Below, one piece after another: positions 1-12,935 of a DNA stretch of 64,000 bases. A program made the translations under genes and the position numbers. The notes beneath the pieces were generated by a model, which was given only the letters and a program-made list of their open reading frames with translations, made no database searches and was not told the DNA's origin. The DNA comes from Tubiluchus corallicola (Eukaryota; Animalia; Priapulida), in NCBI GenBank assembly GCA_030141605.1, contig JAQGDQ010000024.1:248001-312000 (forward strand), written 5' to 3'. Position 1 is the first letter of the stretch. Each line of letters opens with the position of its first letter.

Positions 1-1204
1 AACTCACCATCGGCTAACAAATTAAACATGTTACCCGCTGGTTTCCAACTGTTCCAATCCACAAATTTTGAATTTCTATTTTACAGTTGTTACTAATATT
101 TGGCGACACAGCGATAATTTTTTTCTGACAGTACTAGACTCTTTGATAAAAACGTAACACGGTTAACGAAAAATTGTTGCTAATATATACATTTGAGAAA
201 AATCTGTTGAACTTTCTTGTGTCCCTTGGCACTTGGAAAATTAGTTCAAATGTCTTCTGTCTCACGTTTTCCTAACACTAGCTTTCCTTGCCTTCAAATC
301 TTTTTTCAACAAGTCTGTCACATCTGTTTTACGTGTCTGCTTCCGGTAGAAATTGTTACTGTTAATTAAGAGAGATTTTTACAATTTCTTTTTCTTGAAA
401 AAGTTCGAAAGGAGGTGATCGGGTCTGACCTGACAGTAACATCAGCTATGGGGTAAGATGAGGTTGAATGTAAGTCTAGCCTTTTACCCGCAGTTTTGCA
501 CATCACCACCCATGAGGAATTGAACTTGCATTACATTTATTCCTTCACAAGTGTATCATCATTCTATAAAACACGTTTTGAAAGAAGTCAAAAGACAACT
601 CATTCCTGTTAATAGGTCTCACATTACACCATTACACAGCATCCTGTGCATTGATAAGCAATGTGCACGACAATAGTTTTGCTTTTAAAAACTGGTTCGC
701 AAACTATTCAATTACTGCTTTTTTCACAGCCAGCTTTTTACTGCTACAGGTGCTGTTTGTCGTTTCTAGAAACAGTTCCTTTTTTGATTAATCTTTATAA
801 CCAACTACGCTTATAGTCTCAACTAAGATAATGTTAAGAAAACAAAAAACAATCTGAAACTCCAGTTTTAACTGGTAAGTTCTCGGATTTCAAATTCTCA
901 TGTATGTCATCTTTAATTAGATTATATGATTAGAGGATTAGTGTAAGTGGGTTACTGTCACATGTCGTTAATTTATCCCATCAACAGAATGAGCTTTAGA
1001 GGATTATTTAAAACCGGAATAGTTATGGGAGTTATGTGCCAGAAGGGTTTCCGGTTTCAGAAAAAGGTTGACGCAGGAAAAAATGTTAATTTTCTGTTGC
1101 CTAAGTCTTACAGCAGGAGTTGATTACTCCGGCGCCTAAACTATCTAAGGACCCAACGCTTTTTAAAAAATACTATAGTTTTCGGCTAGATCAATCGGGC
1201 AGTA

Positions 1205-1440
1205 TAGCGTTCCGTCCTCATACCTGGAGGTTAGAGATCGTGTGATGTCATTCGTCATTGTTTTTACTCTTAGTGATGATGGTAGTCTTTTACTTAATCT
1301 TGGTCCATTCACTGATATCATCTAACCATGTCCGCGCTGTCTTCTCTCATCGATTTTTCCTTCCAGCAATCTCTAGGACATGTCCAAAGTTGTCCTGTTT
1401 CCTCTTCTTAATGATATCCATCAGCTTTTCTCCTTTGCCT
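1205..1440 (-). mobile_element. Degenerate 3' fragment of an RTE-clade non-LTR retrotransposon
   Basis: Minus-strand translation across frameshifts gives KLMDIIKKRKQDNFGHVL / LLEGKIDERRQRG / RTWLDDISEWT ... ISNLQ / EDGT. This matches the C-terminal motif order of RTE reverse-transcriptase ORFs (KRKLxxFGHV..LEGKxEGxRxRGR..WxDDIxEW). Stops and frameshifts present. Confidence 0.7.
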
Positions 1441-1719
1441 TTTCTAAAGGACCACCAAATATACTTTTTTCGTGAAGCCATTGTCGAAAATCTGGACTTA
1501 GTGCTTGATGCACAACTGAACTAACTTATTAACTGAATTAACTGAACTAGATTAACTGGTTTTTATTGCGATATTTACGCTGAAACCATGGGTTTTAGAC
1601 TTAGGGTATATGTTGGGCCACCTTTAGATTTTTTAATAATTTGCCTTGTATTTGCATTAATATTTTATAAATAATAATTTTATATATACTATTAAATATT
1701 TTATTTATTCTATCAAAAG

Positions 1720-1906
1720 CCAATCCATGTCACGTGACCTAATTTGAGTGTATAAAAACTGGATGACCGACATTAGCCGATGACTGACCTCACTATGCCC
1801 TACATCAGTTCTTACGTCAAACTTGGCGCTTTGGTGTATTTATTATTGTCAGATCACTACTACTCATCACTATTACTGCCAAATCACTCAGTGAAAAAAG
1901 GTACGT
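1720..1906 (+). promoter_or_regulatory. Candidate Pol II promoter and first exon (probably of the LRR gene)
   Basis: CCAAT 1720-1724, palindromic E-box GTCACGTGAC 1729-1738, TATAAAAA 1751-1758, splice donor AAG|GTACGT at 1900/1901. Assignment to the LRR gene is inference. Confidence 0.35.
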
Positions 1907-4461
1907 TGCTTTTCGAGTTTCAGCCTTTCTGATATGTCCGGCGGTCGGTTCGGTTTACACGTTGTAAACAAATTACTCGTGTAATACCTCACCGCTTTGA
2001 ACAGGGCGAACAGATGGCAGTAATAACGCAATGAAGCCATCATTTCAATTTCATCCATAGCCAGCTAGCAGTGGTTTATTTTAAGAAAGAACTGTAGGAA
2101 ATCGTGCTCTTCAGTTTCTGATATTTCCGAGGATAACAGAGATCTTTTGTAGGAATCTTTGAATTGTTCATTGAAAGTTGTATTTTGTGTATCATCTTCA
2201 AGCGTTGTTTTCTGTTTTTAAAACGAAATCCTACCCGAGAGTCATTTTTTCCTATTTCCTTCTACTCAAAAGTTCCGAAAGTTTAATTTGGCACTTTTTA
2301 GTATTTTCGTTAAAGAAAAGTGTTAGCTGCTCGACGAAGGACTTAAACACCCCACTGGTTACTAGGCCGTAGTGTGCCACAACACAGGTCATGGTAATCC
2401 AGGCCATGTTTTGTTAGCGTGTTTTTGCTGTTAAAAGGGTTTTGGCGCGTAAACAATGTCTATTCCATCATCAGTGTATTTTTCTAGGCGAACATGTGTT
2501 AGCTTCAGTTTCTGACAGACAGTGAGTGGTGCTAGAAAATTGCTTTATCGTGCGGAGTTTGGTAACAACTGTCATAGGAGCTTACAAATTAAAGTGAAGT
2601 AGTAGTTTTATCACTCAAAAAGTCAATAGAAATTCTAATTATTTTGGAGTACCTTCCTGTAAACATCGTGGTCTTTTTCTAAAATGGACTTTCATCTCAT
2701 TATGTGCATTATGAGCTCACTTTATGGAAAGATATTCGAAAAATTCTTAATGAGGACCAACGATCAAATTATTACCAGTCAAATGGCCACCGGCCAAAAG
2801 GAATATTGGCGCTCCTCTGAATACGATTTGTCTTTTGACGTTTGTCTTTGCCTTTTGCCCTTTGACATGACATTTTGCTTTTGTGACGAATTAGTGTTTA
2901 TTAGCACTGGTTTGGTCCATTAAGCTCCAGAGAATGGTAGAAACGAAGCTGCCACCTGTTCGAACCAAATGAGTAAAAATCAAGGATATTGATAATGGCA
3001 ATGAAAATACGTTCCAGTGCTTAGGGGCGTCATATGGAGTGTCATATATACTTAGAAATCGTTATTGCTCATGCGTACAAAAAGTGATTATGGTAAAAAA
3101 CGGTATTCAGATTAATGCGCATATTTCAAACTTCTTTGTCATTTCAGAATAAAAGTTGAATTGTAAAATTGTAAAACATGTTGAGTAACCTCTTAAAGCA
3201 TCCACGTTATATTCGTTTCCATCACTGTTACGCAAAAATTTCATATTAGCATTTTCATGGACGTAATACGTAAATCTTCATACAGCCGTAAAGTCATAAT
3301 CATTGACAGTTAACACTCTAAACAAATTAATTAATAACCATTAAGATCACTTAATGACTAAAACGTTTCCTGATGTTGTGATACAATCAACTAAACTCTT
3401 AAATTATTTGCAAGCCGTGCCTGCAGGAAGCCAAGAAATACGTTTGATCAAGTTTCTGCAAAACTCGTGTCAGTGAAAAATTTTAAGCATTCCAAATGCA
3501 TTTAGCCCGGATTAAATGTTTTAGCCGATAATTTGCATTATTCATAATTTATTAAAAGCACTGTTGGTAAATGTAGACATATGTAGTTCGAAAATTAGTA
3601 TTCTTCTGTATTTCTCTCATCATGGCGCTTTGTCTCGAGATTATAATGGGATGGCACAGGTGGTTAATTGCTTGCTATTTGATAACCAGTATAGGGTTGC
3701 TTTTACTGTCCATTGTGATTATAAATATCTCGTGTTTACATTAGCCTTACAAAACTAACTGAGTGAATGTACTTTTCATGTAAAATGAGCTAGTTTGTTG
3801 TCAAATTTTATCGCAGATATATCTTATTATTTTAAATGCGCGTATATCCAGCTAATAATGTCAATTGTCCAGTAACTGGTTGTGTGTTTAAACACAGCAC
3901 CATTGCCTGGATTCTCCCCAACTGTCGTATTCAAACTACGTCCCATAGACGAACGGATTTACAGCCTCAGTAACAGCACTTAATTACCAGATTAAAAGTA
4001 AATTGATTAGAGTTAAATACACATAAGCATGCAGATGATGGCACCCACTTCGACACTTGCTTCTGGGTACTGATCATTAAGTGGACAGTCAATAATTTCG
4101 TCTAATGACAGTTGTATTGACAAGGCGGAATTTTTGGCACATCGCCAATATATCTTGCCAGAATCGAGACGAAAGACCCCTTCCTTCCTCTTTTCTCTTC
4201 TTTTCTCTCATACTTTCTTTTTTCTTTTCTTCTATTTTTGCTTATAACTTTTTATCTTTGTTCCTGTCTTCCTTCTTCCTTCGTCCATCTACATACTTTT
4301 TTCTTACCATAGCCGTTTCTTTTTTTCTTTTCCTTTATTTCTCCTCTCTTTTTGTTTTTTCTTCGCCCACTTGCTTGTTTCTCATTTGTTTTTGTTTGAT
4401 TTCACATTTTTTACTTTTGTCAAACTGAGTTAATTTTCTTGCTAGAAAGTTGTGACATCCA

Positions 4462-4510
4462 ATCGCATAGATCGCATAGATCGCATAGATCGCATAGATA
4501 ATCGCATAGA
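4462..4510. repeat. 9-bp tandem repeat (ATCGCATAG) x~5
   Basis: Directly visible; one copy is interrupted by ATA. Confidence 0.9.
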
Positions 4511-5214
4511 AGGGAAGGGAAATTCGGTCTGTTGATTGAAACCGAGTATAGTCGTAAGTTAACGACCGGCTGCGATGCGTGTATAGTACTTTTAATGCAG
4601 TACTTGCATAGTATTTGCATTAAAATTTTGCTCTTCTCAAGTTAATCATGTGCAAAAATTTAAGGAACCCGGGAAACGCAAAACCCTAGTCGATTGGTCG
4701 CTTTCGCTAAGCCCTGTTCTTGGTTGTGGACATAATGTGACATAATGGTATCTTTTACAAAGGATCGCTTGTTGGTTTCTGAGTTGTTCGCTTACGTCGT
4801 GCGCAAGCGCACTGCAAGAAGCAAGTGTTGGCCCAAATTCAAGGAGACTGGCAAACAGCTAGACTATAAACAGACCCGGTCTATTGGTGGTGGATGCTTA
4901 TCTCCGTTCAGCTCTATGAGGTGTTGAAATAGGAAGCTGTGTGGTTTGGAAACAGGCGCAGTTTTTTATACGACTGTTGAGGTATCTATTAGTTTGACTC
5001 GTGAACTGCTGACTCAACTTAGAAGCAATTTTTTGCGGCAGACATTTGGTTGTATTTATTCTGGTTGGTGTTAAACTTGCGTCACTGGCATTTACACAGT
5101 TAGAAGAGTAGACTGATTATCAATCAGCTTAAAGCGTAACTGCTAGGCTACTGCAGTTAAGAACCGTTGCTTTTTAAAGGAGGATCAATGCGTGAGTATC
5201 GACGTTGTCGCAAT

Positions 5215-5552
5215 ATTTGTCATCAGCATCACCACTACCACCATCATCAACATCGCTATCATCATCATCAGTAGCAGCGTCTTAAGCAACCACAATGATT
5301 TTCCTCTTTTTTGCTATTTTTCTTTCGTCATAGTCACTTTTTCTGGACCTTGTTATCACCATCATTACCACTGACACTATTATCATCATCATCGCTGTCA
5401 TCATCACCATTATAATAATCATCATCATCATCATCTTCATTGCCACATCGCCATCGCCATTTCCATCATCGCCATTGTCGTTTTCGTCATTGTTGTCATC
5501 GTCATCATCGTCACGATTGTCATTATCAACATCATCATCATCGTCATCAACA
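5215..5552. repeat. Degenerate (CAT)n trinucleotide low-complexity tract
   Basis: Runs of CAT/CAC/CGT triplets; explains the spurious poly-D/M/I ORFs. Confidence 0.85.
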
Positions 5553-8500
5553 TTTTGACTCAGACTCTGTGTACTACTCCTTGAATTTTGTTTACATTGC
5601 TGGATGGTTACTATTTTAGCGATGGCGCCATCCAATTATAATTGTTGTATTTTTTACACTTACGTTAAAACAACGGTAAAGAAGCGCAAACGTAAGGTCG
5701 TAGGCATAAAAATTGCAAACGTTTTTGCCCGTTTCTCATCCAACATATCTCAAGCCCAAAACTATTCAGGAATTCTGTTTCACAAGTATATATCAGATCA
5801 TTTTCTGCGGCCTTGCACACCATATCTTTTCTTTCTGGGCTCTTTTATACTTTTTCGTGTATCTTCTGCACAGAGTAGCAGTACAAGTTAGGAAGTAGTA
5901 TCCTGAAGTTATTTCCAATACTATAGTAAAATTCTCAATTGTTCATTCAGATGGGGAGACACAGGGAACAGTTGAGATCAGGTTGTATGTTGAGCTACGA
6001 TGTCAAGCGCAGCACCTGACCTGCTAAGTAAACGGGTGAGTGGCTTTTTTGGGAAAATGGGAAAAGTATCTAGCTGAAAGAGGTTCTGCCGTTGAGTCTG
6101 GATTTCGGTTTGCTATGTTCTGAAATGTGATTAATCGATTAGTCGATCTATCGAGCAAACTACCAAATAAACTGCAAGTTAAATAACTATAAGTAGGCAA
6201 ACAGCAAACCAAATGAATATTAATCACTTTGTCAGTCGGTCAGGAGGTCGGTCAGTCAGTCAATCATTCATTGAATCAATTAACTAGTGTTTAGGGAACT
6301 GTTAATAAGGGAGATCTACCAACACGGGAGGTTAACGGGGTGCATTTATGATTCCTGGCTGAATGGGCTAAAATAAGAATTTTCGTGTAATTTCATGAGA
6401 CATCTTCTAGCCGCAAGGAAGGGAGGAAGTTATGTTTATTTGTGCGATATGCCATGTTAAAAAGGGCGTTTGCTGTAAAAGTACCCAGGTTTATGACTCT
6501 GTTAAGCGTGAGATAATGGAATTTGAGAGTTCGCTTAATGTTTACTATAAACGCATTACATTTTCCTTTTTAGTTTATGGTGGCTTAGTTCTACTACGCA
6601 AATTTTACTCTGATCGTTATTATTGTTATCACTGAATGTTTGATCATCGTCACTTTAACAGTCTCTCTGTAGACGAAAATTGTCCCAAGAACAATGTCGT
6701 GAGAACCACCTGAGAATATATGTGGTAGTGTTTGCTATGATCACTATCGTCTCCTCATTGGCTTCTTTCTCGTCGTCCCATCACTCACCACTGCCGTCAT
6801 CATCAGCCATTTTTGTTAACTTGCGCCATGTTTTAAATTGGTAATCATGTATAAATGTATAATTAAATGTATAAATTCACGATATCGCAGTAAGAGGTAT
6901 AAATTCACCTATTTGGACTCTTGGTCATCTATGGTGTGACAAGGGGAGTGACAGAATTGCGTAATTCATCTGTTATTTCCCATCAATCCTGCTTAATTGA
7001 CCTGTCCACGCGACCTTCGTTAACAGTTGAAGATTGGGGATGAAAAATAGAATACGGGATAAATGCTTGCAATTTTGACCTTCAATTTGCTCTCTTTTAC
7101 AGTATTCGGACTGTCCAACGCATTTTCATGTGAAAAATGATGCTGAGTTTGAGTACTACCGCTTGTAATGCATCTTCACAATAATTTTTGCAGTGTTCAG
7201 TCTGTGCACTTTCTGCAACTTTAAGGAATAGTGCAGGTGTAGCTATTCTATCAAGACCAACTATTTCACTGAAGCGGTAAAGACGTTAACGGTGATTTTC
7301 AGATAACTAAAGGCTGTTAGGCTAAAGCATCTCTCACATACTGCAGATGGGTGGAGGATGGTGGGGGGTGGGGGGGGGGATTGTATACGTTTGCAGAAAA
7401 CGTAATAGAATGAATACTTTTGAATGTAGAATTTTGAGTTACGAGATTCAGTTATCTGTTATAATTTAGTATTACAGGATATTAACTAATACGTTACTTT
7501 TAGAATGCTGTTGAGTTTGTGACTACTGACTAGTCATGCATGCGTACGAGGTCTCTGACGCCTTATTAAGCGAATAATTGTGATTAATAGGTCTTATTTT
7601 CTGGATGACTGCGTGTCTGAGAATTTACCTTAATAGCTTAGCCATTTATATGTTGAATCTGTTAACCCTTTGCGGACAATTCGTAGTTCATTGGTGCTTT
7701 AGTTTGAAAGGCAGGAAAGAGTGAATGACTGAATAACTATTGAAAAGAAAAAGTCAGGATGAAACTGTAAAAGTGGGAGGAGGACATAAGCTTAGTCTAA
7801 TAGGGTTTAGTCTTGGAGAAATGGATAAATAAAATTATTTGCTTGACCATTCTGTTCTCTGAGTGCATTAACAATTCATCCATTAAACTTGCTTGTTCAA
7901 TTAATGACTTTCAAAGTTTCTAAGACCGCATACTGAGTCTTAGTTTTCGATGCACAAAGTACAATGTCTATAGGTAATCGCTAAAAGTCCAGCTTAATAG
8001 ATTTAACTGCAGAATTTTTTCATTTGCATAACCGCCAAAACAACAAAAAGTTAAAATAGGCGACTTCATGACCGGCCTATGAGCATACTTGTCCTGGGCT
8101 CTTCACTCTGCTCGTTGATTCAAAAGCAGTAGCTTGTAACAAGTTTGGTGTGGCTTCATTAGTATGACCAATGTTTATTGACATAGAGCTTCATGCGGGC
8201 ATTGGTTTTATCTGCGTGTTTAAACAAACTCGAGATAAGGTCTTTAAATTACAGGAAGCAAGCTTTTACCGCCTAATAAAGGTAAAATGGCCTGTTCGTA
8301 CACCAAGATGCGTTTGATAATCTTCGTTTTTATTACTAGGTATGTTAATCGACTGTAATACAGGAAGGAAAATTAATTCTGAAGTTGCTCGCGAACTATT
8401 TTTAGACTGTAACAGTCGTATGATATTTGTAGATATGCCAGACTGATTTCCTTGACCGCACCATGCATATTCATCTCTGATTGGGTTGTGTTTGAGATTT

Positions 8501-10455
8501 TGTGTTCCAAATGCACCAGATATATTAGCTTTCTTAATCACAGTCTGAGTGATTAAAATCTATACACATTACATAGAACAGTCGGAGATATTTCTGATAC
8601 AACAAATGAAGAAAGATTAGTGGAAGGCTTCGGACTATAATATAGGCATGTCTGTTAACAGCCACGAAGCAGGCGTGCAATTTTTTTAAGGTATTAAAAA
8701 TTACGAATACCAACTCTTACATATCAGTTGCTTTCTAGATGTACATTTTCTGCTCAATGCAACTTGCCTCGTATTTGATACATGCATACCTTAAATCTCA
8801 CAGCACCCCATTGATTTAACATGTGGAACCTATTATTATGAAAACAAACAAATAAATAAAAGAAGCGTGTTATTTTCTTAACGAAAAATCGAAAATGTGA
8901 CTTGAACTCTTGCTTTCTTCACTCTCGCTTTCACTGTGGATATGGGTCCCCGACGATTGTAGACCAGCAGAGATGCAAACATGACAGATACATGATCTTT
9001 ACATCTGTTATGCTTCCATCATCTGGCAATGCTGTCATGTGAGTCGTCTGGCGGCAAGAAAGTCAACAATACTACATTCTTGTAGTTTCTTTAAAAAAAA
9101 CTCGCGTTCTTTGATACTCCGTTGGTACACGATTACTGTTTATATTTTAGGAGTGATGGCCCATGTGATGGGTGACCTCTGCATTCTTGCTGCCACATTA
9201 TTTTTTGTGAATTACAATGAACGTTAAGACTAATTAAATCAGACCTGTGTGATATGGTGTGGAAATGGTGTAGCACTAAATTTTTGTGTGCATGGCCATT
9301 GACCAATACATTTATGATTAATCAAACTTTCGAATAAAAACTTTTTACCGCGAGCATTTTAATTTTTGCAATATTCATCGTTTTAAATTAATTGATGTCG
9401 AAAGTGTCTTCTATAATGGGTTTTTCTCACTCTGCTTACGACCATAATGAGAGAGGGTGGGAATAACACGGATAAATTCGTGAATTTCTCCATTATCCCG
9501 GGCATCTGGTACATTTCTATCGGGGCCGCGTGAAAAGAAAATCTGGTTTGGAGTGATTGAAGTAGGTTCCGTCATTGGCCCAGACTCACTTCACCATGAA
9601 TTTGTAACCAACTTAGTAGGTAGTTATAAGCGGTAATTAGCCTGAAATTATATGAGAATGCTTTATGTACTTGTAAGATTACATACAGTCATGATACGAA
9701 TACTTAGTGCGATTGTCTCTTTGTGCACCATCACTTGTGAATAATGCTCAGTTAATACAGTTGTAACTTAACACTGACTCTCTTAGGGATTGTAAGAGGA
9801 CGCTACTGGCACAGCGTGAAACCTATTTTTATCTAAAAGCTGTTATGGAACTTTTTGACAATTTTTCTGGCCGCGCGTGTTCAGAATCAGTAAGCTAGAA
9901 GAGTAGCGCGTAAAAGAAGTGGACTCTTTGGGTTGTCTTTCGGCAGGGTCTCATCTTGATTTATAGTCGTGCGGTGCGTGTGGTAGCTCTGTAGTAGTTG
10001 AACTTAACTGCTACCGTTGACACATGTAATGTAACTCGTAAACTGTCTTCAACTGTTTATTGACTGTGTCGACGATCGTTTCGTAATGACGTCGTAATTG
10101 TACCAACTGACAGACACAAGAGAGAGAAAACAGACAAGTAACTCTTTTCTGGTCACTACGGGTGGTCACTTATCTGGAGAAGTTTATATGATCCTGGTGA
10201 CCATGTAGGGTGTGACACACTTTCTCTGACAAAATGACCTACGGGAGCAGGGCTATCTTCTTACGGGAGTGATCTTGCATCAATTACGGGAGAATCATTT
10301 TTCGTGTAGTTGTCCCTATAAATCGTCCTGTCCGTTATGAACTAGCTTTTATTGTGCAATTAGTTTCTCTGTTTGCGATTGGTTGTTAACTTTAAAGCGA
10401 ACGCATTACATAGCAGAAATCTATATACATTGGTATTTTCTTTTTTTCAGCTAGA

Positions 10456-11688
10456 ATGACCATGGATCTAGTGATATTGCTGGTGTGCTTGCTAGGAGTG
10501 ACCTCTTCAGTGCAAATTAATTGTCCAAACAGATGTATGTGTCTACCTGAGAATACTGTTGTCTGTAGCAAAATGGACTTAACGGGTATTCCACCAAATA
10601 TTCCAGAGGACACAGAACATTTAGATCTGAGTGACAACCTCATCCAAAGAATACAAACGCAACAGTTTAGCCACATGAAGAAATTGAAGCGGGTTGTTCT
10701 GAACAGAAATCGCGTGTTTGTTATTCAGCCATTTGCATTTGAAGGTCTTCCAAGTCTGAAGAGCATTGAGATAATGGAGAATCCTATAAATCGATTGAAA
10801 AGTCACTCATTCAGCGGTCTCAGTGGCATGGAATCCATTGACTTGAGTTATAATAAAATTGAGACCATTGAGGCAGACGTATTCGCAGGGTCTTCAAATA
10901 TTCGGCGTATCAGCTTTAATTATAATCCGTTGAAGACCGTCAAATCCCATGCCTTTCGAAATCTGACAGAAGTAAGAGAATTGTTCTTTGTTTTGTACGA
11001 TGGTGATCTCACAACCATAGAGCCAGATGCATTTGATGGACTCTCTAATGTGGGTACACTAACAATCATGAACCCGTCTCTAAAAAAACTTGGCAAATAT
11101 ACATTTCGCGGTTTAAGGAATGTCCATACGCTAAATATTGCTGCAAACGGCATTGCAACTATTGAATCACAAGCTTTTGATGGAACTGAAGTCATCAAGA
11201 AAGTTAATCTTAACGAAATTGGTATAAAGGTCATCAAGCCATTTGCTTTTTATGGAATGAAAGACATCGGCACATTGAATCTAGCAGATAATCCCATCAC
11301 TGATCTTCTACCTGGATCTTTATACGGCCTTGCTGGAAATGTTGGTCATCTAGATTTTGGCAATAGTAGGTTCACCTGTGATTGTAACCTTTATTGGCTA
11401 ACTGGTTATGACGAGGAAGAACTCTCTCGTAAGCACGTCCGCACAATAACTTGTGGTGCTCCGGCATCTTACAACGGAACATCAGTTACTGATGTCAATT
11501 TTAGTGAACAACATTGTGCTCCAGTGGTGGTTCCGTCTGAGCCAGAACCAGATGAAGAACGACGACAGAATCAGCTGGAAAATGAAAAACGCTCGTCGCC
11601 AGATGGCAGTGATTCATTGAAAGCTGCATTGTCTATCTTACTCTTGTGCACAACAAGTGCAATGTGGAGCACTTACTCGTGGTGTTAA
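10456..11688 (+). CDS. Extracellular leucine-rich-repeat protein, likely GPI-anchored (signal peptide, LRRNT, ~11 LRRs, LRRCT), 410 aa, single coding exon
   Basis: Signal peptide MDLVILLVCLLGVTSS; LRRNT CPNRCMCLPENTVVCS; ~24-aa LxxLxLxxNxIxxIxxxAFxGL repeats; LRRCT FTCDCNLYWL..ITCGAP..C; small-residue stretch SSPDGS then a terminal hydrophobic segment with no cytoplasmic tail. Acceptor ttttctttttttcag ends at 10450. Confidence 0.93.
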   Translation: MTMDLVILLVCLLGVTSSVQINCPNRCMCLPENTVVCSKMDLTGIPPNIPEDTEHLDLSDNLIQRIQTQQFSHMKKLKRVVLNRNRVFVIQPFAFEGLPSLKSIEIMENPINRLKSHSFSGLSGMESIDLSYNKIETIEADVFAGSSNIRRISFNYNPLKTVKSHAFRNLTEVRELFFVLYDGDLTTIEPDAFDGLSNVGTLTIMNPSLKKLGKYTFRGLRNVHTLNIAANGIATIESQAFDGTEVIKKVNLNEIGIKVIKPFAFYGMKDIGTLNLADNPITDLLPGSLYGLAGNVGHLDFGNSRFTCDCNLYWLTGYDEEELSRKHVRTITCGAPASYNGTSVTDVNFSEQHCAPVVVPSEPEPDEERRQNQLENEKRSSPDGSDSLKAALSILLLCTTSAMWSTYSWC

Positions 11689-12317
11689 TTAAGTGCCATG
11701 TTGAGTGGGTGGTTAGAAAACCACGACTAATTATTCAAACGTATTACTATTATGCAGTCAAAGAGTGTATATTATAATGACGAAATATTTTTCCTCTTTG
11801 CTGCAAGCAAAAATTTTGCAATATTCTGTGAGGCAGCAATGAGTCAAATGGAGGCAGCAACTTGAATTTTAATAGGTAATCTTATCTTTCACACTGTGGA
11901 ATTGATGGAACACTAGTACTCGCAAGTAAAATTTGTTTAACTGGCCTTACGAACTATATGCACACTTTCTCTCTAGACGTAGTGTAATGTGTGAGGCGGT
12001 AGAAAATTAATCTCGGCACCACCTGGTATATATTTTCAATAAAAGCGTAGAATCAATCATGGACCCGAGAAATAATCTTTTGTAGACGTTGAAAAGCCTA
12101 CGGCGCTATTGGATTCTGTCGAAAGTGCTACTTGAACGTTTAAATAAACTAAAAGTAATAATTGGACATGTATATTGTTTGTGCAATGGGCTATGACCAC
12201 TTCCAGGGACGTGATAACTTCAACACCTGTTGCATTTAATTTAGCTATTGTGCTGATGGTGCGCCATCTTGTGTACGTTTGCGTAACTAATGCCGTTACT
12301 AGCTGTCAATTGTTATT

Positions 12318-12935
12318 TTTTATTTAACATTTTATTTAATACCGTTAACAATTACGAAAACCAAGACAATAACATAAACAAATACAAACACTAATTTACG
12401 TCAAGGAATGCAATTAGTTGTAATCAGTAAATAAGCATTGACTACACTGTGGCAATTTTGGTTGTTCAGTAAATCATTCGAATATATGTTTCAAAGGTAA
12501 CCAACTATCTTCAACTTTTTCTAGCATCCCAAGGTTGGCGCCTGCATATTTCTCCACCTTATACATATATTTAATACAGCTCACAGAATGATTAAAATTC
12601 AGTGTTTGTAATTTGCTTCGAGTACACCAAATATAATATTTTACTATTAAAATGGTCTTATTTAAACATATAAACTTTTTATACCGAAACTTTCCAAACA
12701 TTACAATAGATTTATCAATTTCTAGCACCCACCATTTTGTTTGAAATGTTCCCATATGAGTTTTACTTTATTACAAGCCCACAGAATATGTAATATGGTT
12801 TCTGTTTCCGAATTGCAAAAAATACACGTGTCAGAATCAACTTTATTGATTTTGAATAGAAAATCTTTTGTGCGTCGTAATCTGTGCAGAACACTAAACT
12901 GATAATTGCATATTTTAGGATTATAATTTCAATAG
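12318..12935 (-). mobile_element. 5'-truncated L1/Tx1-clade LINE with 14-bp TSD
   Basis: Minus strand encodes KICNYQFSVLHR..TCIFCNSETETILHILWACNKVKLIW (C-x2-C-x8-H-x4-C zinc knuckle of ORF2), then a frameshift into the listed ORF 12474-12755. A-rich 3' end near 12318-12340. Identical TGTCAATTGTTATT at 12304-12317 and 12936-12949. Confidence 0.88.

Noticed and set aside
1-60. Minus-strand exon ending ATG TTT AAT TTG TTA GCC GAT G|GTGAGT at the window edge
   Set aside because: Good donor but only 7 codons and the rest lies outside the window; not enough to call a gene.
5192-5635. Poly-Asp/Met/Ile ORFs (also 22623-22928, 40613-40972, 47017-47426, 48847-49078, 60068-60259)
   Set aside because: Translations of microsatellites or decayed trinucleotide tracts, with no exon context.
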